Source: Vicinamibacterales bacterium (GTDB lineage Bacteria; Acidobacteriota; Vicinamibacteria; Vicinamibacterales; UBA2999). From it: 64,000 nt of DNA. Of the stretch, positions 9,824-19,243 are shown piece after piece. The notes beneath the pieces were generated by a model. The model searched no databases, had not been told where the DNA came from, and saw only the letters and a program-made list of their open reading frames with translations. The stretch lies in contig DATLXN010000011.1 in assembly GCA_035575715.1 (NCBI GenBank), forward strand, positions 6,354 to 70,353. The letters run 5' to 3'. Both the position numbers and the translations under genes were made by a program. Numbering within the stretch: position 1 is the first letter of the stretch; every line of letters starts with the position of its first letter.

Positions 9824-10395
9824 TCGAGCGCCACACGGCGGAAACCAGGATCCGCATCGTCATCAATTTGGACGGCAAGGGGCGATTCGAGAATCACACC
9901 GGCATTCGCTTTCTCGACCACATGCTCGATCTGGTCGCCCGACATGGCGCATTTGATCTGACCGTGCAAGCCGACGGAGATCTCGACGTCGATCAGCATC
10001 ACACCGTCGAGGACGTCGGGATCGCGCTTGGCGAAGCGGTCGGCAAGGCTCTCGGGGACCGGCGCGGGATCAATCGGGCCGGATATTTCGTGATGCCGAT
10101 GGATGAAACGCTTGCCGTCGCCGCAATCGATCTCGGCGGTCGGGCGCATACGGTGGTTGACACCAAGGTCAAGGTGCGGTTGGTTGGCGATCTCCAGACC
10201 GAGCTGCTTCACGATTTTTTTGAGGGCTTCGCGATGGGCGCGCGCGCGAACGTTCATCTCAAGGTGATTTACGGGCGGTCGAATCACCACAAGATCGAGG
10301 CGTGCTTCAAGGCGTTCGCCCGTGCGTTGCGGGTGGCATGCTCCAAGGACCGCCGGATGGCCAAGCTGCTGCCGAGCACCAAAGGGCTGATGTGA
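9808..10395 (+). CDS. hisB: imidazoleglycerol-phosphate dehydratase
   Basis: The start was moved to GTG 9808 ([17 protein letters not shown]). The track ORF from 9595 lies inside hisC. Motifs [14 protein letters not shown] and [15 protein letters not shown]. Confidence 0.85.
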   Translation: MRKGIVERHTAETRIRIVINLDGKGRFENHTGIRFLDHMLDLVARHGAFDLTVQADGDLDVDQHHTVEDVGIALGEAVGKALGDRRGINRAGYFVMPMDETLAVAAIDLGGRAHTVVDTKVKVRLVGDLQTELLHDFFEGFAMGARANVHLKVIYGRSNHHKIEACFKAFARALRVACSKDRRMAKLLPSTKGLM

Positions 10396-10994
10396 TCGCA
10401 CTGATCGACTACGGCGCCGGCAACCTGACCTCGGTGCGCAAGGCGCTGACCCATCTCGGTGCAGAGATCGCGACGCCGCACACTCCTTACGATCTCGAGT
10501 TGGCACGGGGGATCATCGTGCCGGGCGTCGGGCACTTCGATGCGACACGGGCGATCACCGACGAGTGGCGCGCCGGCATTCGCGCCGCGGTCGCACGCGG
10601 CGCCGCGCTGTTCGGCATTTGCCTCGGGATGCAGTGGCTGTTCGATGGCAGCACCGAAGCCCCTGGGCTGCCAGGCTTGGCCGCCTTTGCCGGCCTGTGC
10701 ACCAGACTGCCCAGCGACGGCACGCTGTTGAAGATTCCACACGTAGGGTGGAATAACCTGACGCAGCCGCAACCGACGCGGTTGATGGCCGGCATTGAAC
10801 AGGATGCGCAGGTCTACTTCACGCACTCCTACGCAGCACCGCTCACCTCAGCGGCGGCGGCGACGACGACCTACGGCGCAGCGACCTTTACTTCTGCCGT
10901 CGAGCACGGCCGCATTGCCGGAGCGCAGTTCCATCCCGAGAAATCAGGCGACGTCGGCCTGCGAATTCTGAAGAACTGGCTGGACTCGCTGTGA
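10392..10994 (+). CDS. hisH: imidazole glycerol phosphate synthase, glutamine amidotransferase subunit
   Basis: The start was moved to GTG 10392 ([12 protein letters not shown]), a GTGA overlap with hisB. Motifs GICLGMQ (Cys nucleophile), HVGWN and FHPEKS. Confidence 0.9.
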   Translation: MIALIDYGAGNLTSVRKALTHLGAEIATPHTPYDLELARGIIVPGVGHFDATRAITDEWRAGIRAAVARGAALFGICLGMQWLFDGSTEAPGLPGLAAFAGLCTRLPSDGTLLKIPHVGWNNLTQPQPTRLMAGIEQDAQVYFTHSYAAPLTSAAAATTTYGAATFTSAVEHGRIAGAQFHPEKSGDVGLRILKNWLDSL

Positions 10995-11009
10995 CCGAGC
11001 GCTGGTGTT

Positions 11010-11037
11010 GGTCCCTGATCCCTGATCCCTGGTCCCT
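11010..11037. repeat. four tandem heptamers GGTCCCT GATCCCT GATCCCT GGTCCCT in the hisH-hisF spacer
   Basis: Read directly from the sequence. The four units are in one register and fill most of the 48-nt gap between the hisH stop (10994) and the hisF GTG (11043). Confidence 0.9.
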
Positions 11038-11042
11038 ACCTC

Positions 11043-11798
11043 GTGCTGTCTAAACGCATCATCGCCTGTCTCGACGTGCGCGACGGCAAGGTCGTCAAGG
11101 GCGTCAACTTCGAGGGGTTGCGCGAAGCCGGTGATCCCGGTGAACTGGCGGCGCGCTACAACCACGAGGGCATCGACGAGATCGTCATCCTCGACGTCAC
11201 CGCGACCATGGAGGCCCGACAGGCGCGGGCACAGACCATCCGCGCCGTTGCGCGCGAGATTTTTCTGCCGCTCTGCGTCGGCGGCGGCATTCGCAGCGAG
11301 GATGATGCCGCGGCGGCGATTGACGCAGGCGCCGACAAGGTCAGCCTCAATACCGCCGCACTGCGCGACCCCTCGCTGATCACCCGCCTGGCTTCACGCT
11401 ATGGCAGCCAGGCAGTGATTGTCGCGATCGACGCGAAACGGCAGAACGCGCGCTTCGAGGTCTACGCGCGAAGCGGGACCGACCTGACCGCGAAGGACGC
11501 GCTCGACTGGGCTCGAGAGGCGGCCGACTGCGGCGCGGGCGAGATCCTGCTGACCTCGATCGACCGCGACGGCACGCGCGCGGGATTCGATTGCGCACTC
11601 ACCGCGGCGGTGTCCGACGCGGTCCCGATCCCGGTGATTGCGTCTGGAGGGGCGGGCGCCTTCGAGCATTTTGCCGAGGTCTTCACCGCAGGCGCTGCCG
11701 ATGCCGCGCTGGCGGCGTCAATTTTTCATTTCAATGAGAAGAGCGTGAGCGAGCTGAAACGCTTCCTCGCGGCGAGAGCGATTCCGGTTCGACTGTGA
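11043..11798 (+). CDS. hisF: imidazole glycerol phosphate synthase, cyclase subunit
   Basis: [35 protein letters not shown] and ASGGAG motifs. Confidence 0.9.
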   Translation: MLSKRIIACLDVRDGKVVKGVNFEGLREAGDPGELAARYNHEGIDEIVILDVTATMEARQARAQTIRAVAREIFLPLCVGGGIRSEDDAAAAIDAGADKVSLNTAALRDPSLITRLASRYGSQAVIVAIDAKRQNARFEVYARSGTDLTAKDALDWAREAADCGAGEILLTSIDRDGTRAGFDCALTAAVSDAVPIPVIASGGAGAFEHFAEVFTAGAADAALAASIFHFNEKSVSELKRFLAARAIPVRL

Positions 11799-11821
11799 CC
11801 GACAATGCACGGAGCTGACTT

Positions 11822-12520
11822 ATGTTGATTCCCTCAATCGATCTCAAAGGCGGCAAAGTCGTTCAGCTCGTTCAAGGCGACAAACTGGCCATCGAGTCCG
11901 ACGATCTCGACGGCTGGATGGTGAAGTTCGCTCGCTTCGCGAAAGTCCAGTTGATCGACCTTGATGCCGCGATGGGCATCGGCACTAACGACCAACTGGT
12001 TCGCCGGGTCGCATCGCGTCTGCCCTGCCGCGTCGGCGGTGGCGTACGCTCGGTCGGACGGGCGCAGGAGTTGCTCGCTGCCGGCGCCGAAGCGGTGATC
12101 GTCAGCTCCGCGTTCTTTGACGCCCATCGCTCGAGCGAAGCAGCCGGCGTGATCGACTTCGATTTCGCCCGCGCGCTGGCCGACGCGATCGGCCGGGATC
12201 GCGTCATCGGCGCCGTCGACTCGAAAGCCGGCAAAGTGGTCATCCACGGCTGGAAGACGACGCTGCCGATCACGGCGGTCGAGGCGGTTAAGGCACTCGA
12301 GCCGTATTGCGGCGAGTTCCTCTACACCCATGTCGATACAGAAGGACTGATGCAAGGCACCGACCTCGCGGCGATCCGCGCCGTCGCGCAAGCGACTTCT
12401 AGTAAGCTCACCGCCGCAGGCGGAATCACCACGCGCGCGGAAATTGATGCGCTGCATGCCGAAGGAATCGATGCAGTGGTCGGCATGGCGATCTACACTG
12501 GCTCGCTGGCGCTCGATTAG
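11822..12520 (+). CDS. hisA: ProFAR isomerase (HisA family)
   Basis: IPSIDLKGGKVVQLVQG, LIDLDAA, GGGVRS and AAGGITT motifs. (beta/alpha)8 paralogue of hisF. Last gene of the operon. Confidence 0.8.
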   Translation: MLIPSIDLKGGKVVQLVQGDKLAIESDDLDGWMVKFARFAKVQLIDLDAAMGIGTNDQLVRRVASRLPCRVGGGVRSVGRAQELLAAGAEAVIVSSAFFDAHRSSEAAGVIDFDFARALADAIGRDRVIGAVDSKAGKVVIHGWKTTLPITAVEAVKALEPYCGEFLYTHVDTEGLMQGTDLAAIRAVAQATSSKLTAAGGITTRAEIDALHAEGIDAVVGMAIYTGSLALD

Positions 12521-12564
12521 ATGTGGTGATCATCAGATCGCGCGATTCACCAAAGGAGACCCCG

Positions 12565-13035
12565 ATGTCCGTGAAGCCCATTCCCGACGGTTACCACAGC
12601 GTCACGCCGTACTTAATCGTTCGCGGCGCAACCAAAGCGATCGACTTCTACAAGGAAGTGTTCGGCGCCACCGAACTGATGCGGATGGACGCGCCAGGCG
12701 GAAAGATCGGACACGCGGAGATCAAGGTCGGCGATTCCACCCTGATGCTCGCGGACGAGAATCCGCAGTGGGGCTCCGAAAGCCCCGAACTGCTCGGCGG
12801 CTCGCCCGTGCAGTTGATGATCTACGTCGACGACTGCGACGCGACCTTCAAGAAGGCGATCGCGACGGGTGCGGTCGAAGTGCGACCGCTCAAGGATCAG
12901 TTCTACGGCGACCGATCTGGCTCGGTCACCGATCCATTCGGCCACAACTGGACCATCGCCACCCACAAAGAAGATCTCTCGCCAGAAGAGATGGGACGCC
13001 GCGCGGCCGCAGAAGCAGCCCAGGCGGGAGGGTAA
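12565..13035 (+). CDS. VOC/glyoxalase-family protein (PhnB-like)
   Basis: The start was moved to ATG 12565, behind SD AAGGAG (12553-12558). The protein reads MSVKPIPDGYHSVTPYLIVRGATKAIDFYKEVFGA...HAEIKVGDS, typical of the PhnB/VOC fold. Confidence 0.7.
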   Translation: MSVKPIPDGYHSVTPYLIVRGATKAIDFYKEVFGATELMRMDAPGGKIGHAEIKVGDSTLMLADENPQWGSESPELLGGSPVQLMIYVDDCDATFKKAIATGAVEVRPLKDQFYGDRSGSVTDPFGHNWTIATHKEDLSPEEMGRRAAAEAAQAGG

Positions 13036-14451
13036 ATGCTCCTCCGCATCTGTCTCGGCCTGGTCGTCGCGTTGAGCACCACGCTCATCGCGCAGCGGCC
13101 GCAGTTGGCCGATGCGGTCAAGCCGTATCTCCGCACCAACGAACCTGTTGTCGCGCTGACCAACGTCCGGGTGATTGACGGTAGCGGTGGCGCAGCGCGC
13201 GAGCGGCAGACGGTGGTGATCAGGGACGGCATCATTGCGACGGTTGGCGATGCCGCGGTCACGACCGTGCCGGCCGGCGCCGAAGTGATCGACCTCACCG
13301 GCCGCAGCGTCATCCCGGGCATGGTCATGCTGCATGAGCACCTCTACTACCCGACCGGCCCGGGCGTCTACGGTCAACTGGGCGAGAGCTTCAGTCGCCT
13401 TTATCTCGCCGGCGGCGTGACCACGATGCGCACCGGCGGGAATATGAATGGCTACATGGACCTCAATCTGAAACGCGCGATTGAGAGCGGACAGAAAGCC
13501 GGACCAGCAATCGACGCGACCGCCCCGTACGTGAATGGGCCGAATACGTTTCAGCAGATGACCAGCGTCACCACTGCCGACCAAGCCCGCCAGCACGTGG
13601 CGTATTGGGCCGGCCAGGGGGCGACATCATTCAAGGCCTACATGCAAATCTCGCGCGTCGCGCTTGGCGCGGCGATCGAAGAAGCGCACCAGCGCGGCAT
13701 GAAGGTGACCGGGCACCTGTGCTCGGTGACCTATAGCGAAGCGGCCGATCTCGGCATCGATAATCTCGAACACAGTTTTCTCGCGGCAACTGATTTCGTC
13801 AGCGACAAGCAGCCGGACACCTGCCCCGGACAAGGACGGGGCCAGCAAACCGTCAATGCGGTCGACGAGAATGGCGCGCCGTTCAAAGCACTCGTCGCCA
13901 AACTAATTGCCAAAGGCGTCGCGCTGACCTCCACCCTCACCGTGTTTGAAACCTTCACACCGGGCCGTCCGCTGCCCCCCGGCTTGGAAGTGCTCACGCC
14001 GCAGCTCAAACAGCAGTTCGAGCAGACCCATGCACGCACCGCGCAGAACAAGGAGTCGATTTACCGGACCCTGCTGCCTAAAGCGATGGCGCTGGAACGC
14101 GCATTTGTGCGCGCCGGCGGGACTCTGGTCGCCGGCACGGACCCAACTGGCTCTGGCGGCGTCATACCTGGATATGCCAATCAGCGGCAGCTCGAGCTGC
14201 TGGTCGATGCCGGGTTTACGCCGCTCGAGGCGATTCGCATCGGCACCATGAACGGCGCGCGCTACCTCGGCCGCGAGAAGGCGGTCGGAACCATTGAGGT
14301 CGGCAAACAGGCCGACCTCGTCGTGCTGAACGGTGATCCGTCGACGAGGATTGCGGATGTGCGGCAGGTCGAGATCGTCTTTCGGCAGGGTGTCGGCTAC
14401 GACCCGGCCAAGCTGATCGCTTCGGTGTCTGGTCGGGTTGGGCTGTTCTAG
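13036..14451 (+). CDS. secreted amidohydrolase-superfamily metallohydrolase
   Basis: Signal peptide present. HxH metal motif (MLHEHLYY). C-terminal GTDP and [10 protein letters not shown] motifs typical of the amidohydrolase family. Confidence 0.7.
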   Translation: MLLRICLGLVVALSTTLIAQRPQLADAVKPYLRTNEPVVALTNVRVIDGSGGAARERQTVVIRDGIIATVGDAAVTTVPAGAEVIDLTGRSVIPGMVMLHEHLYYPTGPGVYGQLGESFSRLYLAGGVTTMRTGGNMNGYMDLNLKRAIESGQKAGPAIDATAPYVNGPNTFQQMTSVTTADQARQHVAYWAGQGATSFKAYMQISRVALGAAIEEAHQRGMKVTGHLCSVTYSEAADLGIDNLEHSFLAATDFVSDKQPDTCPGQGRGQQTVNAVDENGAPFKALVAKLIAKGVALTSTLTVFETFTPGRPLPPGLEVLTPQLKQQFEQTHARTAQNKESIYRTLLPKAMALERAFVRAGGTLVAGTDPTGSGGVIPGYANQRQLELLVDAGFTPLEAIRIGTMNGARYLGREKAVGTIEVGKQADLVVLNGDPSTRIADVRQVEIVFRQGVGYDPAKLIASVSGRVGLF

Positions 14452-14517
14452 GGGACAGGTCCTTCAGGACCTGTCCCCGCACCTGTCCCCTCAGGACCTG
14501 TCCCCTCAGGTCCCCTC
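14451..14517. repeat. perfect 12-bp-stem palindrome followed by a tandem 15-nt direct repeat (three copies of ACCTGTCCCC)
   Basis: GGGGACAGGTCC-TTCA-GGACCTGTCCCC spans 14451-14478. ACCTGTCCCCTCAGG occurs at 14481-14495 and 14496-14510, followed by TCCCCTC. The element starts at the last base of the amidohydrolase stop codon. Confidence 0.85.
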
Positions 14518-14530
14518 AACGAGGTTTGTC

Positions 14531-15019
14531 GTGGATACAGTACGAGTGAAGGTGTTCGATGCAAAGGGCGATCTCATCGGCCCAATCGAAACCGCCAAGG
14601 TCGAAAAAACCGACGCCGAATGGCGGGCGCAATTGACGGCCGACCAATTTCAGGTCGCACGCGGCAAAGGCACGGAACGGCCGTTTTGCGGCACGCTGCT
14701 CGACAACAAGCAGCTAGGTGTTTACACCTGCATCTGCTGCAACCTGCCGCTGTTCACCTCGGACGCCAAATTCCACTCGGGCACCGGATGGCCGAGTTTT
14801 TTTCAGCCCATCGCCGACCAGAACGTGATCAACGACGAGGATGTCACCTACGGCATGCGACGCGTTGAGATCCTCTGCGCCCGCTGTGATGCCCATCTCG
14901 GCCACGTTTTCGAGGACGGTCCGCGCCCGACCGGACTACGCTACTGCGTCAATTCCGAATCGCTCACGTTTACCGACAGTAGCGATCTCTCGTCCCTCGC
15001 CGAGCCGGCCGCCAGCTAA
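14531..15019 (+). CDS. msrB: peptide-methionine (R)-S-oxide reductase
   Basis: The start was set to GTG 14531, behind GAGG (14521-14524). Two CxxC zinc motifs ([19 protein letters not shown]), plus GTGWPSF and RYCVNS. Confidence 0.85.
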   Translation: MDTVRVKVFDAKGDLIGPIETAKVEKTDAEWRAQLTADQFQVARGKGTERPFCGTLLDNKQLGVYTCICCNLPLFTSDAKFHSGTGWPSFFQPIADQNVINDEDVTYGMRRVEILCARCDAHLGHVFEDGPRPTGLRYCVNSESLTFTDSSDLSSLAEPAAS

Positions 15020-15057
15020 GATAGAGGGGCCTGCCCGACAGAAGAAGGTGTGCTCGA

Positions 15058-16908
15058 ATGCCCGCTCGCCGACGGTCTCTGACTACCCTGTTGTGTGCGA
15101 CGCTGCTGGTCGCGGCGTGGGGTGAGGCCCGTGGCCACGCCCAAGATCCGCAAAAGCCCGCCGACCCGCCACAGCAACCCACCTTTCGGGCCAAGGTCAA
15201 TCTGGTCCGCGTCGACGTGTCGGTCAGCGACCGCGACGGCAAGGCGATCGAAGGCCTCCAGCCCTCTGATTTCATCGTCAAGGAAGACGGAGTCATCCAG
15301 GCGGTCGAATCGGCTCAACTGGTTCGTCTGAACGGGACGCCGCCTGGTGACCTGAAAGAATCGATCGAGATCCGATCCCCCGAGCATGCGCGCGTACAGG
15401 CTGCGCGCGACGATGTGCGACTGTTCGTGCTCTTTCTCGATGACTACCACGTCGACAAAGCGCCACAGGTGATGATCCCGTTGCGCCGCACGCTCAAGGC
15501 CTTTATCGAGAAGCTTGGCCCTTTCGATCTGGTCGCGATCGTCGACCCCTTGACGCCACTCAGCCACATCGAGTTCAGCCGCAATCGCAACGAGATGCTC
15601 GAACGGGTTGCCAAGTTCGAGGGCCGCCGGGGCGAATTGTTTCCGGTGCGCAGTGCCGCGGAAGAAGCGCAGCAAACGCAACGCAATGTCTGGGAACTGC
15701 GCGCCGGCGTGACCCTCGATGCAGTCAACGCTGTCGCCACACATCTGGGCGGATTGCGCGAAGGCCGCAAGTCGATCCTCTTTGTCAGCCAGGGTCCGCC
15801 GGTCAGCCTGCGCAGCGTCAATTGGCCGCGCATGGAAGAAGTCGTCGAGTCCGCCAATCGCGGCAACGTCACGATTCACACGCTCGACCCGCGCATGCTC
15901 GGCTCCTCGGAGTTCGGCGGCAACTTGGTATTGCGCCGGTTCTCTGACGAAACCGGCGGCCGGGCGATTTTCAATACCAACGACCATTCCGAGCATCTCG
16001 ATGGCGTGTTCGACGATGCGAGCGCCTATTACCTGGTCGGCTACGCGCCGACACGGGAGATGGCCGACGGCAAATTCCACAAGATTGACGTTGAAGTGAA
16101 GCGCAAGGGCGTGCGCGTGGTCGCGCGTCGTGGGTACTACGCACCGCGCGCCGCCGAACTCACTGCGCCATTGGTCACGCCGGTGGCCAGCGAAGTCGTC
16201 GTCGCGCTGACCAATCTGGTCGAACCCAAGTCGGGGCGTACGGCGGATGTCTGGATCGGATTTGCGCGAGGGGCGACCGGCGGCACGGTGGTCACCGCCG
16301 CGTGGGAGCCGACTACGAGGATGGGCGCGAATGCGGCGACGCGGATCGCGATCGAGCATTTGAACCATGACGGCTCGGTCGACGGCAAGGCGCAGTCGAT
16401 CGTGCGTCGCGAGGCGGCGACCGCGCCGGCTGTTGCACGCTTCTCGCTTGGCGCAGGCAAGACCATCCTGCGCTTCACGAGTTACGACGCCGCAGACGAA
16501 GTGCTCGATCGCTGGACCGAAGACGTGACGGTGCCTCCCTTCGCCGCCGATGCGCTTGCTCTGGCGACGCCGCGGTTTCTCCTGGCGCGGTCGGCGTTCG
16601 AACTCCGGGCTCTGCAGTCTGCCAACGAAATCACCCCCGCCGCCTCGCGGCGGTTGCGTAAGACGGACCGCGTGCTGGTCGAACTGGAGTACTACAGCCC
16701 GTCAGGTGCGCCAGAACTTGTGGTCGAACTGCTCAATCAGAAAGGCGTCTCGCTGGTGACACTGCCGGTACCGGCCGCGGAAGGCAATACCGCGCGTGTC
16801 GAAGTGCCGCTATCCAGCCTGGCGCCAGCGGTGTATGTTTTGCGCGTGCGAGCCCGGACTGCCGACAAGCAGGTCGAGCAACACGTGCCGTTCAGGATTG
16901 TGCCCTGA
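15058..16908 (+). CDS. VWFA-related (acidobacterial-type) domain protein, secreted
   Basis: N-terminal pattern QQPTFRAKVNLVRVDVSVSDRDGKAIEGLQPSDFIVKEDGV, followed by a VWA-like core (ILFVSQGPP). By recall this resembles the TIGR03436-type family. Confidence 0.65.
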   Translation: MPARRRSLTTLLCATLLVAAWGEARGHAQDPQKPADPPQQPTFRAKVNLVRVDVSVSDRDGKAIEGLQPSDFIVKEDGVIQAVESAQLVRLNGTPPGDLKESIEIRSPEHARVQAARDDVRLFVLFLDDYHVDKAPQVMIPLRRTLKAFIEKLGPFDLVAIVDPLTPLSHIEFSRNRNEMLERVAKFEGRRGELFPVRSAAEEAQQTQRNVWELRAGVTLDAVNAVATHLGGLREGRKSILFVSQGPPVSLRSVNWPRMEEVVESANRGNVTIHTLDPRMLGSSEFGGNLVLRRFSDETGGRAIFNTNDHSEHLDGVFDDASAYYLVGYAPTREMADGKFHKIDVEVKRKGVRVVARRGYYAPRAAELTAPLVTPVASEVVVALTNLVEPKSGRTADVWIGFARGATGGTVVTAAWEPTTRMGANAATRIAIEHLNHDGSVDGKAQSIVRREAATAPAVARFSLGAGKTILRFTSYDAADEVLDRWTEDVTVPPFAADALALATPRFLLARSAFELRALQSANEITPAASRRLRKTDRVLVELEYYSPSGAPELVVELLNQKGVSLVTLPVPAAEGNTARVEVPLSSLAPAVYVLRVRARTADKQVEQHVPFRIVP

Positions 16909-16943
16909 CCACGCGCCTGCCCCTCATCCTGCTGCTCGCGTGT

Positions 16944-17822
16944 GTGTCGCTGCCCGCCTGTGGCGTGGTCGAACGGCTGGGGGTGAGCGTGCTTGCGGAG
17001 CGCGCCCGTCTCTCCGATGCGCAGGTTCAACGCGACATTCCCTATCACGTCGATGGAGGCGTCGATCGTTCGCTCGACCTGTTTGTCTCGAACACGCCAA
17101 ACGCGCCGGTGCTGATCTTCGTGCACGGCGGCGGCTGGGACAACGGCCGCAAGGATCTACGCGTCGGCAGCCTCGACGTCTACGGCAACATCGGCCGCTA
17201 CTACGCGTCGCAGGGCGTGACGACCGCCGTCATCAATTACCGGCTGCAGCCAAAGGTCCGCTGGCGCGAACAGGCCGCCGATGTGGCCGAGAGCGTGATC
17301 TGGGCGAAGAAGAACATCGCCAGGTTTGGCGGCAACCCACAGCGCATCTTTCTCATGGGCCATTCGGCGGGGGCCCATCTCGCGTCGATGGTGACGCTCA
17401 ATCAGGCTGTTCAGCGCTCCGCCGGCATCGCCCCCTGCGATATTGACGGGGTCATCTCGGTCAGCGGCGCGGCGCTCGATCTGATATCCGAGAGTGTCGA
17501 CCTGCCGTACTACGAGCGACGTTTCGGTCCCCGTAGCGATCGCGCGGAATGGACGGCCGCCTCGCCTGCCAACCACGCCGACCCCGCCGACCCTGCTGCG
17601 CTGATCATCTATGCCGGAGGCGAATCGGCCGGACTTCAGCGCCAGTCGCAAGTGTTCAAGGCGGCGCTCGACCGCGCTGGCTCGAGTGCGCAACTGTTGC
17701 CGATCAAGGGAGAGAGTCATACGCGCATGGTGCTGGTGCTGAGTCATCCGGAAAAGGCGGCAGTACCGGCGGTGTTGCAACTCCTCCGCGACAGTCAATG
17801 TCCCTCCAGGAAACCGTCCTGA
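16944..17822 (+). CDS. alpha/beta hydrolase (esterase/lipase type)
   Basis: HGGGW oxyanion motif and a GHSAGAHL nucleophile elbow. The true start may lie upstream, because a lipobox-like LLLLACVS is encoded just 5' of the GTG. Confidence 0.7.
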   Translation: MSLPACGVVERLGVSVLAERARLSDAQVQRDIPYHVDGGVDRSLDLFVSNTPNAPVLIFVHGGGWDNGRKDLRVGSLDVYGNIGRYYASQGVTTAVINYRLQPKVRWREQAADVAESVIWAKKNIARFGGNPQRIFLMGHSAGAHLASMVTLNQAVQRSAGIAPCDIDGVISVSGAALDLISESVDLPYYERRFGPRSDRAEWTAASPANHADPADPAALIIYAGGESAGLQRQSQVFKAALDRAGSSAQLLPIKGESHTRMVLVLSHPEKAAVPAVLQLLRDSQCPSRKPS

Positions 17823-17955
17823 GCTGCGTGACGCGGCGGCGCTCGGGTTCGAAACGCCCTGAGCTGGCACTCTGCCGGACTAGTGGATTGCTGCGGCCAA
17901 ACAGGCCCGGAAGAAGTAGAATTGCGGGTCAGCTCAAACACGACCGGAGGATTTC

Positions 17956-19158
17956 ATGGACGTCAAGGACGCGGTTTCGCGCCGCAAGTTTGTTGGTGGA
18001 TTGGCGGCAGCTGTCGGCTACGTCAGCACCGGCGCGGGTCTCGATGTGTTCGCTCAAGGTCGCGGCGCCGGTCAGGACCGTCCCGCGGGCGCGGCTGCCG
18101 GACGTGGGCTGCAGACCGAAGCGGAATACGACTCGCTGGCCAAGCTGGCCAATAACGAAAACAATTTCGGCATTCCCGATTCGGTCATGAAGGCGATGAC
18201 CGATCACTGGAAGTACGCCGGCCGCTACGGCTACCCGAACGCGGGTCTGCAGCAGGCAATTGCCGACTACGACGGCGTCAAGGCTGAGAACGTGCTGCTC
18301 TCGCACGGCTCCGGCGAGATCCTCACCATCGTCGGCACGGCGCTACTGGCCGGTGGCAAGAAGGTCCTCGGCGTCGAACCGTCGTACAACTCGGTTTACG
18401 CGCACGCCACGAACATCAAGGCTGAAGCAATCAAACTGCCGTTGACCAAGGATTACCGCCAGGACATGGCGATGATGATCGAGGCGGCGAAGAAGCACGA
18501 GAAGGAAATCGGGTTTGTGTATCTGTGCAACCCGAACAACCCGACCGGAGTCATCGTTACCAAGCAGGAAATCAAGCAGCTGCTCGACGCGCTGCCTGCC
18601 GGGATGCCGGTCCTGATTGACGAGGCGTATCACCACTACGTCACCGACCCGAACTACGCGACCTCGATGCCGTACGTGAACGAAGGCCGCCCGGTCATCG
18701 TCGCGCGCACGTTCTCGAAGATTGCCGCGATGGCGGCGCTCCGCGTCGGTTACGCGGTGTCGACGCCCGAACTGCTCAGCAAGATGCGCACCTACCAGGC
18801 CGGCGTCGTCAACGTCCTCGCCCAGTACGGTGCGGTGGCTGCACTCAAGGACAAGGCGGCAATGGAATCCGCCAAGGTCAAGACCGTGGCGTTGCGCGAG
18901 AAGGCGACCAAGGACCTGAAGGCGCTTGGCTACGAAGTGATTCCGTCACAGACCAACTTCTTCATGGTCGGTCTGCGGCGCGAAGTGCAGCCGGTGATCA
19001 CTGCGTTCCGCGAAGAGGGTGTGCTGGTCGGGCGTCCGTTCCCGCCGATGACCCAGCACCTGCGCGTGTCGGTTGGCACGGCGGAAGAGATGGACCGCTT
19101 CATGGTTGCGTTCAAGAAGATCATGACCGCGCCGACGACTACTGCGCAGGCGAAATAG
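17956..19158 (+). CDS. class I/II PLP aminotransferase (HisC-like) with a twin-arginine signal peptide
   Basis: N-terminus MDVKDAVSRRKFVGGLAAAVGYVSTGAGLDVFAQG has a Tat motif SRRKFV. Mature part has NENNFG, CNPNNPTG, DEAYHHY and RTFSKIAAMAALRVGY (PLP Lys). Confidence 0.75.
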   Translation: MDVKDAVSRRKFVGGLAAAVGYVSTGAGLDVFAQGRGAGQDRPAGAAAGRGLQTEAEYDSLAKLANNENNFGIPDSVMKAMTDHWKYAGRYGYPNAGLQQAIADYDGVKAENVLLSHGSGEILTIVGTALLAGGKKVLGVEPSYNSVYAHATNIKAEAIKLPLTKDYRQDMAMMIEAAKKHEKEIGFVYLCNPNNPTGVIVTKQEIKQLLDALPAGMPVLIDEAYHHYVTDPNYATSMPYVNEGRPVIVARTFSKIAAMAALRVGYAVSTPELLSKMRTYQAGVVNVLAQYGAVAALKDKAAMESAKVKTVALREKATKDLKALGYEVIPSQTNFFMVGLRREVQPVITAFREEGVLVGRPFPPMTQHLRVSVGTAEEMDRFMVAFKKIMTAPTTTAQAK

Positions 19159-19200
19159 CCGAGCGGACGGACGCGCCCGCCTGCAGGTCGTTCAATATCC

Positions 19201-19230
19201 GGGCCGGTCACATCGACCGGCCCTTTTTTT
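19201..19230 (+). terminator. intrinsic terminator
   Basis: GGGCCGGTC (19201-19209), loop ACATC, GACCGGCCC (19215-19223), then TTTTTTT (19224-19230). Confidence 0.75.
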
Positions 19231-19243
19231 GGTCGGAGTTGTC

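Noticed and set aside
17841-17864. tRNA-like GGTTCGAAA T-loop motif downstream of the hydrolase gene.
   Set aside because: Only a single hairpin (GCTCGGG...CCCTGAGC) is present. No acceptor, D or anticodon arms could be drawn, so it is more likely a terminator-like stem.
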